Positions 37,807-50,133 of a DNA stretch of 56,236 bases are shown in pieces. Position 1 is the first letter of the stretch. The number at the start of each line of letters is the position of its first letter. The DNA comes from Phoronis australis (taxonomy: Eukaryota; Animalia; Phoronida). Location of the stretch: positions 678,528 through 734,763 of the forward strand of contig NMRA01000189.1 of NCBI GenBank assembly GCA_002633005.1. The letters are read 5' to 3'. The position numbers and the translations under genes are program-made. The notes below the pieces were generated by a model. It was given only the letters and a program-made list of their open reading frames with translations, was not told the origin of the DNA and did not search any database.

Positions 37807-39084
37807 CTGTGCAACAAAAAGAATCAATAACACAACTACAGAAGTGTAAGGACATGCAATTTAAATAAACCAACGTAGTAAGAAGTATTGAAAAAGTACG
37901 TGGCGATGTTTTATAACTCAATTGCAACGTTTTACATCAACAGACAATTCTTACTAAACATACAAATTAACTCGAAATTCCCAACTTGCAGGCCTAAATG
38001 AACTGGTAAAACCTATCCCTGCCTACATGTCTTGAAGAGATGAACAGGGAAAAACAAAAGCATCAATTAAAAACATTGACTTTCTGGTGAGCGACAAATT
38101 GTCTTGTTTTTATGGTCGAATTTGCTTTGCACTCCGCAACAACGCACGGCTTCCTACACCCATTTGGATTTTGGCCGTGTGCACTATCACAATTGCACTG
38201 TACATTAATTGACTAGATGATAGAATTTGTCCCATAAATTGTCCCAAGCAGTGATTCGAATATTCTGAAGTTTCGTCGCAGTCAAGTGCTATGGTCATAA
38301 ATTTCACGTATACACACATAGGGACAGTACATACTGCTGCTAACAAATTGAACTGCTGTTTAGTCCTATGCATATTCAGTTGCTAGGTTACCATCACGTC
38401 CACAGCTTTCTTTAGTGCCTTCTTTAATCCACCAGTAAATCACGGCCTGAATCAAATCCCATTCAACCTTTCTTTGTTAAGTGTACTTGCGGTGTCGCAA
38501 TATGGGCTGCTTCACTAATCAGTTTTTTGGGCTACTACGTTTAAGCGAATAATTTATGCTAATTTATTGCCGGGGCAATCAGCGAATACCAATACCTTTA
38601 AAAATGAAAAACCAAAAATTCATTCATAGGATTTCGATGAAAGACAGTAATTTCATTTCTTTTCTTTTCCAGTACTACTGTTTTAATAATACATCATTTG
38701 AACAACACAAGTATTTACTTATAACTCATCATTTATGTCTAAAGAAACTCAAGTATAATGACAGAAGCTGTCTCATTGATAAATGAGTAGTACTAGTAGT
38801 ATTATGTAGTTTAACTAAGTATAGTTTATGTTAAATAATGAGTGGCTTAGCATGTTTAGGTAGTCGTAAATAATCAGTTACAAGCACTTTTGTTAAAGAG
38901 AATCGAAACATTTAACACCCCATGTGAATAGTTTTTGGCGCGAGTCAAATTTTTGACATTACCATGCAAAGGGTGTAATGTCTAACTTAATAAATATCAT
39001 CAAATAAAACTTACAGGACGTCCAAAATATTTTTGTTTGGCAAACATTTCGAAAATGATATTGCAGATCGATCTTCTTTATTAC

Positions 39085-39177
39085 CTTATTGGGGTCTGCT
39101 CCATGCTCTATCAGTAGCTGCACCATTTCGTGGTTGTTGCGACGCAATGCTTGCACCAGTAAGCTGAACCCAAACTC
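39085..39177 (-). CDS. Ankyrin micro-exon A' (EFGFSLLVQALRRNNHEMVQLLIEHGADPNK)
   Basis: gcacag| acceptor, |gtaata donor, 93 bp, phase 0; paralogue of 8643-8735. Confidence 0.82.
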
Positions 39178-40397
39178 CTGTGCAAGAAAAAGAATCAATA
39201 ACAAAACACAACTACAAAAGTATAAGGACATGCGGTTGAAATAAAACAGCGTGGTAAAAAGAAATGAAAAATACATGGGAAAACTAGCTATTGTTCAATT
39301 GCAACTTAACATGCAAATAAACTCAAAATGCACAAATTCCAGGCCTAAATGGAAAAATTGAAAAACCTTCCCTGGCCTACATGTCTTGAAAGAGATGAAG
39401 AGGGAAAAACAAAAACATCAAAACATTGGCTTTCTACTGGGTCGGCGTCAGGCAAATGGTCATGTTTTAATGGCCAATAAAACTCCCCAATAACGAAAAC
39501 CCTCCTACATGTACATCCATTGGGATTCTGGGCGTGTGCACTATTATTATTACGCTGTACATTAACTGTGTTTGTTCCATAGGTTGTTCTGAGCGGAGAT
39601 TCGAATATTCTGCAGTTTCGTCCCAGTCAAGCGCTATGGTCATAAGTTTCACGTATACATAGGTGGGGAAAGTACATACAGCTGCTAACAAATTAAACTG
39701 CTTTTTATTCCGAAAATACAATATGTTTGATTGCATTACTGTATGGATATTTAGTTGCTAAGTTACCATTATTTCCACAGGTTTGTTCAGAGCTTTTTTC
39801 ATCCACCAGTCCTTACATGGCGATTGATACAGATAATTTTGTTTTACATGGCTTCTGACAGTGTTGTAATAAATGAAAGCGATGAGCCACAGCGGACGTT
39901 TCAGGACAAAAGCGTCTAAGGTATTAAACTGATCTATAGTTTTTAGTCATCATAGTAATACCGAAAATGTGATCATCTATCGCATGATGACAAAGCACCC
40001 CAGTGCTAACAATCTAAGAGGCACATAATGTATCCAACGGAGTGTTTGCCACTGTACCTGTATTGCGCGCAAAACAATTACTAGCAAGCAGTAGCTTATA
40101 GAATGGGGGTGGGGTGGCACGGGACCACGTCTCCGGGCATCCCTATTAGAGAACATCCACTCGATAAATAAACTTTTTGAATATGCGATGCGGCGCCAGA
40201 GCAGACATTTATTTAGTGCTGCACCGCCCATGGTATATGGGGGCTGGGTGAGGGGAGGACAGGAGGCTATAGCACAAATTTTCAGTTGTACGCCGCCCAT
40301 GTTGTAAGATTTGTTTACCAATGATCTCAAAATTTCGATTTGATTTCATGCAAAAGTATACATGGCGTTAATTCTCGGATGACGTAAACATTCCATG

Positions 40398-40422
40398 ATA
40401 TATATATATATATATATATATA
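40398..40422. repeat. (AT)n microsatellite
   Basis: About 12 AT units; absent from the paralogous site near 7415. Confidence 0.9.
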
Positions 40423-42105
40423 CTATTAAGGATAGCCGTTATCTTCTGCCAATCTTTAAGAATCGTCTCTCAGTACAATTGTGTTATATAATTTCCTTCA
40501 TTTGCACCTTCAAGTTTCTTTGACGGCTCTCCTGCAAATTTAAACTTTTCTCTTTTAGTCCAAAGTCACAATTTTATAGGCAGATTTTGATAAATAATGA
40601 AACAAGTAACATAAATCCAGTTTATATTTAAGCATATCTGTACAAGTTCTAAAATCGCCTGGCTTATATTTAAGCACTTCTGTACAGGTTTAAGACCCCA
40701 CTATTCTCCTCACGGAAAAATAAACTGTATACAAGTCACTGTACTAAAATCAAAGCAAGGCCATTTTCACAATGCAATTGGTATCGCAAATTTGTCGATA
40801 CTAGGATACGAACATGTTTGTCTTGCTACATTACAACGTACGTACATAGCCATTATTAATTCAAGCAATGTTTCTGATGCTTTCTTGATAATGGTCAGTA
40901 TATAACTCCATGTAAAATACCCTTGGAACACGCCGAGACAGAAAGAGTGGATTCATTTAAAGTCGCTTTTACCTCTACACTGTACAAGTGCTTTGTTCCG
41001 CGTTCTTTTTATTCTCTAGCGGTGTTGTTTTATCAACACACTGTACGCCATGACATTCACTATACAAATTTCGTACCGCGTGATATCGAATCTTGAGTCG
41101 CAACCATTATGCTCAAAAAACAACATAAGAAGCATCCCACTCAACGATGGCACACACTTTATTAATATTAAATTCTTATGCAACACTAATATTAAATCAA
41201 GATCGTAAAATTTACTAAGAATAAAAAATCGTGTTTGCAATGCTAACAACAACCGATGCATTTAACAAACTATGTTACATAGTTAAAGTGGAAATGTCAA
41301 CTTATACGAAATATTAATTTAAATAAATTTATCAAAGCAGATGCTTTTTGTGTTAAACAATATTTGAAGATGCTAAGCGGACGAGTATGCAAGTTTTATC
41401 TACAGTCGCCATTTTAGGTCCACATGATAATTTTTTATCCTGGTCGTTGTCAGATCAGCTAATGCCTCCTGGAATTTTTGAATGCAAGCTGGATCTTGAA
41501 AATGCACCTTTAGTTTGCGAGATTTTGGCTGGGTAGCAAAGGGCTAAGTTTTCATTTAGCTCATCAATATTAAGACGAAATCCAAAGCGAGTCTAACACT
41601 GTTAAACTAACTCTGTTTACAGTCGTTGCAGCCTTCTCTTTGCTGGCTGATTGTGACTCTTCACTTGTTCTAAACATAATATTTAGCTGATTACCTCTCT
41701 GGAATTTTACTGTAAAAAGTCTTCGCAGTCACCAGCCAAGCATCATGTGAGTAAAGGGTACAAGTACTCCAGTAAAATTTAAATGACCTCAATAAGAAGT
41801 GAGCAGATTAATAGGCTGCATAAACATTCTTTAGTTGTGGTTGATCTGGTCAGGCATAAGTAAAAGTCAGTTTGTTTGGAGTTTTTATTTAGCAGATAGA
41901 ATTCAAGGATACCAATGAGTGGTAAGACTACTGGCTTAATTAGGGTTCAAGTATTTAGCGCTGTAAGTTTTATATGTAAAATCATTAGATTATTTGGTCA
42001 GTAATTGATTCATTTGTTTGGAACATGGATAATGATGGATTGAAGATGGTTTTGGTTTAATTCATTGAGTAGATTTTTGGAATTTCAATGATTTTCCTTG
42101 ATTTG

Positions 42106-45100
42106 CCTTGGAATGTTGGAATTAATATACATGTACTGTAAAATTTTAAATGGCTTAAGATAGAAAATATGGTAAGCATATATTTTCCTTAGTTTGACGC
42201 TGTCAAACCGGTTTTATTCGATCATTTGCATCCGATGTAAGACTTAATTCTAATTTCAAACACGGAATTGCTCACTAACTGTTACATAATAAGCATGTTC
42301 AGTGTTTGCTTGTGTGTCAAAGTCCCTGAGCGCAGCAACTCGTTCTGTAAAAAAATTTCACACAGTACGTTACACCTATTAGTTGGTAAAATTTAAGCTT
42401 CATATATGCATTAATATTAGTAATGCATCTTCAAATACTGTTTTAAATTGAAATCATCTGCCTATGTTTTGCTAAATTAATACATTAATTGATTTTAACA
42501 TCTCAAATAAGTTATCATTTTCACCTTAACTATGCAACACATCGGTTGTATTTAGCATTGAAAACACGATTCTTTATTCTTTATAAATTTTACGATCTTG
42601 CTTTAATATTAGTGTTGTATAAAGTTTTAGTACTAATAAAGTGTGTGCCATTTTCGTGTGGGATGCTTTCTATATTGTTTTTTCAGCATAATGGTTGCGA
42701 CTCAAGAAAACTGATTCGATACCACGCTGTACGAAGCTTGTACAGTGAATCTCATGGCGTACAGTATATTGAACAGATACATCACGACTGCTAGAGAATA
42801 AAAAGCACAAGGAACAAAGTACATGCATTAAAGGAAAAGTGACTTTAGATGAATCTTCTCTTTCAGACTCAGCGTGTTCCATTGGTACGTTACATTGAAT
42901 TGATGATTTGTGACCTTTGTTAAGAAAAGCATTTACTGGCGCTAGGCTGTAGCTGTGATGCAGAATTTAAATGTCGAAAAATATTGATTCGGAACTATCA
43001 CTATCTTTTACGAAAACAGAGAATGTAAAACGTCACTCGTGTGCCAATTGGGCCTACACTGGTAAGATTTTGCTGGTGTCTACTTTTTAGCTGTGTTTAT
43101 CTGGATTTGCAACTTCCTTCTGTTCTATGGGTTTAATTTGTTTGCATACCCTGTCCACATATTGCTTATATTCAAATTTACGAATACTACTAATTGCACA
43201 ATCTTATAAAACTCGTTTTTCTCAAGAAACATTGCTTGAATTGATAACAAAAGAAACATTCGTGTCATAGTATGGACAAATTTGCGAATGCTTTGATTTT
43301 GGTAAAATGACTTGCAGGTTTATATTTATTCTATAGATAGTTGTTATTGTTCCTATTACATGTTTTACCATACAGAATTTTAGCTATTAACTAGATAGTA
43401 TATTTTGTCCGTGAGAAGAATAATTGCTTTAATGTAAGCCAGGCGATTTTAGAACTTGTACAGATATGCTTAAAATTAAGCGGGATTTGGGTTACACTTT
43501 GCTTAATTTTAAGCCAGAGTAGGAGATGTCGACTCATGAACTTGTACAGATATGCTTAAAATTAAGTGGGATTCATGTTACTTACACTAACCTTGTGCTT
43601 AATTTTAGGCTCGAGTAGGAGATGGCGCTTTTAAAGCTTGTACAGATATTCTTAAATTTATGCGGTATTTATGTTACTTGTTTCATTATTTATCAAAATC
43701 TGCCTTTAAAATCGTGACTTTGAACTAAAAGAGAAAAGTTTTAGTTTTCAGGAGAACCGGTGCCACCATGTGAGTACCCTTTTGAGGATTTTTGGCGTTG
43801 GACACCTCTTACATCGAGTCTGTTGCTCGTATAATGTCGTAGAGATCGTGCACTATTCTGATGTACTGTCTTCTATTGATCAAAGTTTTTGATAGAACTA
43901 GGGCTACTTGCTTCAGAATACTGTGAACTAGCGGCCGTGGTCACGTTGGCGGTTTCTGGCTAGAAAACGCAGCTAAACGTCTGCTTTTGAGTAACAGGAT
44001 GTGTATTGAAAGTACATATGTTGAACGGAAACCCATTGTTTTGTTTCATCCTCGCCGTAGCATTGAAATGAATTTTGAGTGGCGTGAGATGGAATTTCTG
44101 CAAATAAGTAGTGGGGGCATGGTACTGTTTACCCCACGTGACAACATTGGTGGGCTGACAATGCCAACGTACAGTGTACGAGCACACCGTGTGAACTAAT
44201 TCGATAGATGTATTCCTCGGAGTCTTTACTATCTAATATTAGAGTTAACATCTAGGTGAACACTTTTGCAACGAGATCTGACAGTGGCAAAGAGTGGTAA
44301 GACGGTTCCTTTCATTACACGTGGCGTGGTTTCAGAGCCTCTATTAGGTTTACATGTGTACATACTTGGAGGAAGTGGGGGGGGGGGGGTGGGGGCGGTG
44401 AGCGCCTCACCATCCACACAGTAACCCAAATCGACAGAGTTTTATGTTTTGCTTGGGTTGGTGTCATACACCAACATTCGCCACTCAAGACTGTCGCAAG
44501 CGATGACGGTCGTTATGTTTTGCCATAATACGCAGGCGAATAAAAGCGATGAATTATAGAGGACATTTTTCGACACAAAGGCGTAAAAATGTTCTTACTA
44601 TCAACTTTGTAAGTTATCCACAATGTCTTCATCTATACTATTATGACAATGGCCCAAGCAGCACCTATCCAACAATTCTGCTATGACTGTACCTCTCTCC
44701 TAATGGAATTTGAAGGAAAACTTTAATGAGAGTGAGAAAATGATGTCAGAATTTGCGCATGTTAGACTGATTGCAACAACAGGGTGAGTCTCATTGTGTA
44801 GGAAATAATTCTCAGACTCTTAAATATGAACTGAATACAAGTGTGTGACAAACTTGGCACATCTAGATCCCAAATTAATTTAAATTTCGTCAATGAACCA
44901 TTGTCTGGTTGGAAGGCATTGGAAATAACCAAAATAGCTACATTTTCAGATCTGTAAAATTTGCCCAATCGAATTTCTAGTATTTGAAAAAGAGACATCT
45001 CAATGTCAATTTTATATTTTTTAGAGTTTCAACCAGTAAACTGAAGTCATTTAAATGTGGGGAATTCTATGAAGTTTCGAGTTCACGTGACCATTTGACC

Positions 45101-45454
45101 TGTTCAATGATACTTAAATAAAAGGGAGATGAATAATTTACGTCCCTGGTTTATAAATTTGGCCATGAATTTACGACCACAGCTAATTTTAACTCACAGT
45201 TATGCATGCAAAAGGTATATATTACAACGAAATTGTTGTCCATATAATTCCCACATGAGTAATTAGCACTGTGCTTAATTTGAACAATGATGCCGATTAA
45301 AACATTATTCACATTTAGTCCATAGTCCAATAATATGTTCACCACATCGATGTGATCATTCGTTGAGGTGTACAGAGGTGGTGCCCTTCTTAGTGACTGG
45401 GATTTGTTGTCTTCGTAGACAAATGCTAACGCATCATGGCAAACTTCACGTGAC
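42106..45454 (+). repeat. Direct segmental duplication of 26777-30182
   Basis: Colinear match to the partner block. Confidence 0.95.
45304..45396 (-). CDS. Ankyrin-like exon (SLRRAPPLYTSTNDHIDVVNILLDYGLNVNN); weak splice sites
   Basis: tcccag| acceptor, AAT|gtttta donor, 93 bp, phase 0. Confidence 0.55.
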
Positions 45455-46209
45455 TTCCTAAAACCGCTATGAGGTGGTGGTGTATTACAACTATTATTAA
45501 AATCTGTTGGTTTATTTACACCGACCTCTAGTCTACATGTACATGTATATACACTGTCACGACGTTTCGGTCTTTCTTTTCTCCGGCTATTGTCAGGTGT
45601 TCCCGCGTTCCTTGAAGAACGAGCACGGAAATAACGCAAAATCGGCAATGGCGGCACTAATTTGCGGCTTGTTAACATCGTTTTTCTGGTTTCATGCATG
45701 TATTTTCCTTCATAAAAATTCAACTTAGAAGTTGAAGTCTGGGGGGTGCACGGAGGGCCATTTTTCGACTAGACTAATGCACACGCATGTCATTAAAAAT
45801 TTGATCTATTGTATCTCGAAGTCACTAATGACTAACAAAATGAGCACGGAGTCATGGGGAAAACGGTTACGTTTTATTTCACCGTTGACGGGATTTTTAT
45901 ATTGTACCACGTCTTTTTAGTTAAACATTATATGATTGTAGATAGAATATTCCAGTGCAGCTGTGGTAACAATTGGGGCTTGTACCATATAGTACAAAAA
46001 CTGAGTATGGCCCCAAACCGGTTTTTTAAAAGCAATACCTTGCAACCGTTTTTTAATCATCTTTCAAAAAGAAGCCACCTTTTCTAAAAGCACCCCTTAC
46101 CACGAAGTTTTATATAAAAAACTTGACGAGACATTATGAAATCTATTTTCTTGTTGAAAAACTAGAAAAATCATGCAAACATCAAGACTTCTACAGTTGT
46201 GTAGTGCAG

Positions 46210-46567
46210 TCAAACTGAAACAAAACCGAGAAAAGCAGAAAAGCAGCGGCGGCTTTTGTGATTGAGATTGTCAAAAATGATCGTTTTCATTTTGCATCAT
46301 ACATCAAATAAAATCTTTAATCCTGGGTGGGAAAGTCCCAAAGTCGAGGGTACTTGCATTCTCTTACAATAACTGTGAGAAAACCTAATCGGTGTCAAAT
46401 TGAAACAAAAGTGAGAAAAACAATGGCGGCTTTGTGATAGGGATTGTCAAAAAAAATCGCAGCAGAACTTCAAGAGATGGCATCATACATCAAATGAAAT
46501 CTTTCATCATGGAACAGAAAGGCCTCTGCATTCCCTTAAAATAACCGTGAGAAAAATTAATCGGTGT
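46210..46567. repeat. Two diverged ~180-bp tandem units
   Basis: tgaaacaaaa..gagaaaa...ggcggcttt(t)gtgat..gattgtcaaaaa...gcatcatacatcaaat...tgcatt...gtgagaaaa..taatcggtgt occurs twice. Confidence 0.75.
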
Positions 46568-47538
46568 TTCCAGAAAAGTGCGAACACATTGGCAATCGAC
46601 TGCAAACAACATCAATAGGTTTGCGGAAGAAAATCAAAATTGTTATCAATCCCTCGTTGGTTTCATTTTCAAACAATGTAAAACCAACCAATAGTAATCT
46701 TAAAAATAGGGATTGATTCATGAATCATGAAATGTTCAGAGACATGTTTATTATCCACATTCAACCGAAATCGTAATACCCATGACGGCATCAGCCGGCG
46801 TGTTCCCAAAATCCCATTAAAAGTCTTGGAATAGAATTTGGCGGAAAATGAATAAAGCTGAAAACCCAATTCTTGATGAAAAACTCGGAAAAGTTAAAGA
46901 CATTTTTGATGTTTAGAAAACACAAAATTTGACCATAAAAGTAGACTTTAATTTACAAAACCTTTTGATAAGATCGAGTTGTGGTATTTAACCACTTCGT
47001 TATGTTATTGTAAATGCCATTTTTTCATGTAGATCTATGTAAATAAATAGAGTGAAAGAGTAATACTATGTGACTGAGTGTATGAAAGTGCTTCCCCCTC
47101 CCATTTCCTCTATCCGTATTTTATAATGATCTTATCTTAAATGCAAGCATAATCAATATGAGTTATTTTCAAAATACCTATTTGTTTTGTACGATGTATT
47201 GTTGATTACGTTGTAAGGATACCTAACTAGGGCCACCCAACCCCAGCTATATTCACTAAGTGCAATTGATAATATGATTACTGCATAAATGAATGTATTA
47301 ACTGAGAAAAGAAATCTTTTTTTAATCCTACTGTTGGTTTAACCTTTTACACTTTTAAAAAGGCAACGAACCCAATTTTAAGGCTTAATTGGTAAATTGC
47401 TAAATATTACTGGAATGTTTATTCCATGGCCTATTTACATTTGCAACATTTTACGTCACGTGTTCAATACATGGAAAAAATATATTCTGTCATTGTAAGT
47501 TCATTATGTTGCACAGTTGAAATAATAGTCATACTTAC

Positions 47539-47616
47539 ATTGAATTTGACATGCAGACCTTGCCTCAACAAGCTTCGAACTTCATCAACTTTACCTCCTT
47601 CTACAGCAAAGAACAA
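47539..47616 (-). CDS. First (N-cap-like) ankyrin exon (LFFAVEGGKVDEVRSLLRQGLHVKFN)
   Basis: ctttattgttacag| acceptor, consensus |gtaagt donor, 78 bp, phase 0, L..A...G....V..LL..G..V pattern. Confidence 0.72.
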
Positions 47617-48308
47617 CTGTAACAATAAAGACATGATTCATCAAAGGTCACACGGTACAATTTTCAATTTCTATATGAAGCTTGCGTGCCCTTACTATGC
47701 TAGTCTATTTAAGCAAGGCCAGTGATCTTTGTACAGTACACGAAATCTTTTTAACTTTTATAGTTCTACTTGAGAGACAATTCAAGGTAAGAATCAAGGC
47801 TTACTATTCTGTGCATTAAGAAGACACAACTACATGCAAGTTCTCTAAATCTCTGTAACAAATATTGTGTTTTTCTATTACTTTACTCATACTATGTGTT
47901 CCTCGTTTACTTATGTTATGTAGTATTTGAGCTCATATTTCAATGAAAATAAAGAGCCAACTATTTACGACTTTATTTTGCACTGAAATACAGTAAAAAT
48001 CAATTTTGAGTACTCGAATTTTAATCCAAATGGATTAACTTTGTGTTATTGTGAATTAGTGATGGCCTGTACAGCTGTATCCCCAGGCCTTTTTCCTCAA
48101 AACGTCTTTCAATCCAGTCAGGTGGCCACTTCACGTGCAAAGTAAATTGAAATAGAACCTAAAAACTGCGCAACGTTGTGACATCACAAGATACCATGGG
48201 ACCCGCAAATGTTCATCAACTTCGCAGCCCACTATTGTGAATTGATGGCTCGTCTCTTGCGATCCTGATTTCGATAGACTTAACTAGGAGATGGTTGGTG
48301 AAACTTAC

Positions 48309-48362
48309 CCACCAGCGTAACCAAAGCCTGATAGGTTGGAATGACGTTTTTAGGACTACCAT
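48309..48362 (-). CDS. Candidate first coding exon of the ankyrin gene (MVVLKTSFQPIRLWLRWW)
   Basis: ccATGG start, consensus |gtaagt donor, phase 0 compatible with exon 47616, next to a CpG-richer patch (48380-48730). No homology support. Confidence 0.35.
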
Positions 48363-49939
48363 GGAAGTTTGCACGCTCAAAATTTTGGTCGGCGTCCCCT
48401 CGCGACAGCTTAATTGGCATGCAGTGTCATCACTTCTCTTTGAAATTTTGCCACTAAATTTGCCACCCCTTCAAATCTCAGTAATTGCCACCGGGTCTCA
48501 TTGCCTTTACAATCAGTGGAGCACTACTGATAAGATAAGTGAGTTCCGTCCGAGGCAGCACCTCGGTAGATGGGCTGGGCACCGACGCCGGGAGAGAGCG
48601 GTGCACTCGAAAATTGTCGAGATTGGCACAAACATTCCACCAACAAGGAGACGTGAAGCGACGCAAAGTTGGTGGTGACCATGGAGAGGAACACTCTTGT
48701 CTTCCACCCGGGGTGGCGATAGAGAGCTTCTGATCACCCTTTGTTAGCTTGGTAAAAATTATTCAGACTCATCCGAGCAAAAATAGGGAGTGTGCCCTTG
48801 TTTATTTGCTTTCATTTCACATCGCCAAGTAGGGAAAGTCAGGGCGTAAAAATTCCAGGACACGTATTAACAAATTTTAAAAACAATCCTAAACATCATT
48901 TTCACCCTGTAGGAAAAAAATCAAGACCAAAGTTTATGAATTTAGGACCTAGAATTTATCACGTTTAATCTGTAATTGATCAAGCAAGGACCCAAAATGT
49001 AACAAGTCCTAACAGAAAATTTAATACCTCAAGACAGAAAATTAAAAACACCAGAAAGGTTTCTTGCCAGGAGACCACGTGACCATCCATAATCATTGAT
49101 CCTTCAAAGGCATAACGTTGGCACTAGGTAAAGGAGAGCTAAGAGTTCTATTTTTGTCCTGGCGGGATTAATTTTCAGCTGCGGCTTGATAAGTTTCCGG
49201 TCCTAAAGAGTTAAATTTTGGTCCTAGGCTGACCTGAGAAATTATAGGGTCCTGGCGTGATAAATTAAGGTTTTGAGTAAGGCTTTTGGTCCGCAGCGAT
49301 TTTAATTGACGAATAAAAAATATGTGTCTTAGAATTTTGTCCGCTTTTGCTTTCCATAGCCAATAGCCATTGTTCAAGATTGGCTGATAACCTAGTGCTG
49401 CTATACCGAGTCAGAATATCTGCATGAGTAAATTATAACCGTACTTGTTAGTTAGTGCAGAAACCACAATAACTTGCAGGATTCAAGTAAATGAAATACA
49501 AACTTTCTAGTTTTTCTCCCAATAAGAAATTGAGAAAATATCTCTGTTATACAGTAAGGTAAGATGGAAATGGGGAGGAAAAAGCACAAAAAACGAAAAT
49601 CTCAAAATGGAGGATTCACAATAATTTCGTTTTCAAACAGATTTTAAACTCTCGTCAATGCCATTGCGACCTAAACGTTGAAATCAAATTACCATGCTCC
49701 CACATATTTCGAAGGCGGAGTATTTTTCTTGATCTGACAGGCAAGGATTGGATTTTAACCCAGGTGAGTAAATTTTGGAGCTTCACTCGATTCAGTGCTG
49801 GCCATAAGCGGCCGTGAGCAGTGATATAAAATGTTTTGTTCGTGGCTTTAAGCAACAGCTTACTCTCCAAGACAGGCCATGTGTTTCATCAGATTCCTCA
49901 GTGATTGATGGGGTAATCACGTGTGTATCATTTAGAGCT

Positions 49940-50133
49940 AGTGGGGCAAGTTGGGCCCTTTGACATGGGGCTAGTACATGTATGGCCAGGGTCCGAACTT
50001 GCCCCGTTCACTTTACTTGATATATCATCAATAAATGTTTTTTTTAGGAAATTTAATGAGTAGTATTAGACCGGCAGCCCAGAGCACTTAGCACCGATGA
50101 ACAAAGGGGTCGAACTAGCCCCGGTTTCCCCTA
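49940..50133. mobile_element. MITE remnant with repeated ggggc(a/t)agtt / aact(a/t)gcccc motifs, ending ccccggtttcccc-TA
   Basis: Motifs at 49943, 49967, 49997 and 50112; only one terminus is recognisable. Confidence 0.45.

Larger units (their letters stand above)
34830..39790 (-). repeat. Tandem array of four ~1.4-kb exon+intron cassettes
   Basis: Exon starts at 39177, 37806, 36407 and 35003 (spacing 1371, 1399, 1404) with recurring intron blocks. The + copy has only two cassettes (spacing 1412). Confidence 0.92.

Noticed and set aside
47799-47846. + strand LLFCALRRHNYMQVL resembling exon A'
   Set aside because: Wrong strand for the local gene, no acceptor, and a stop immediately after.
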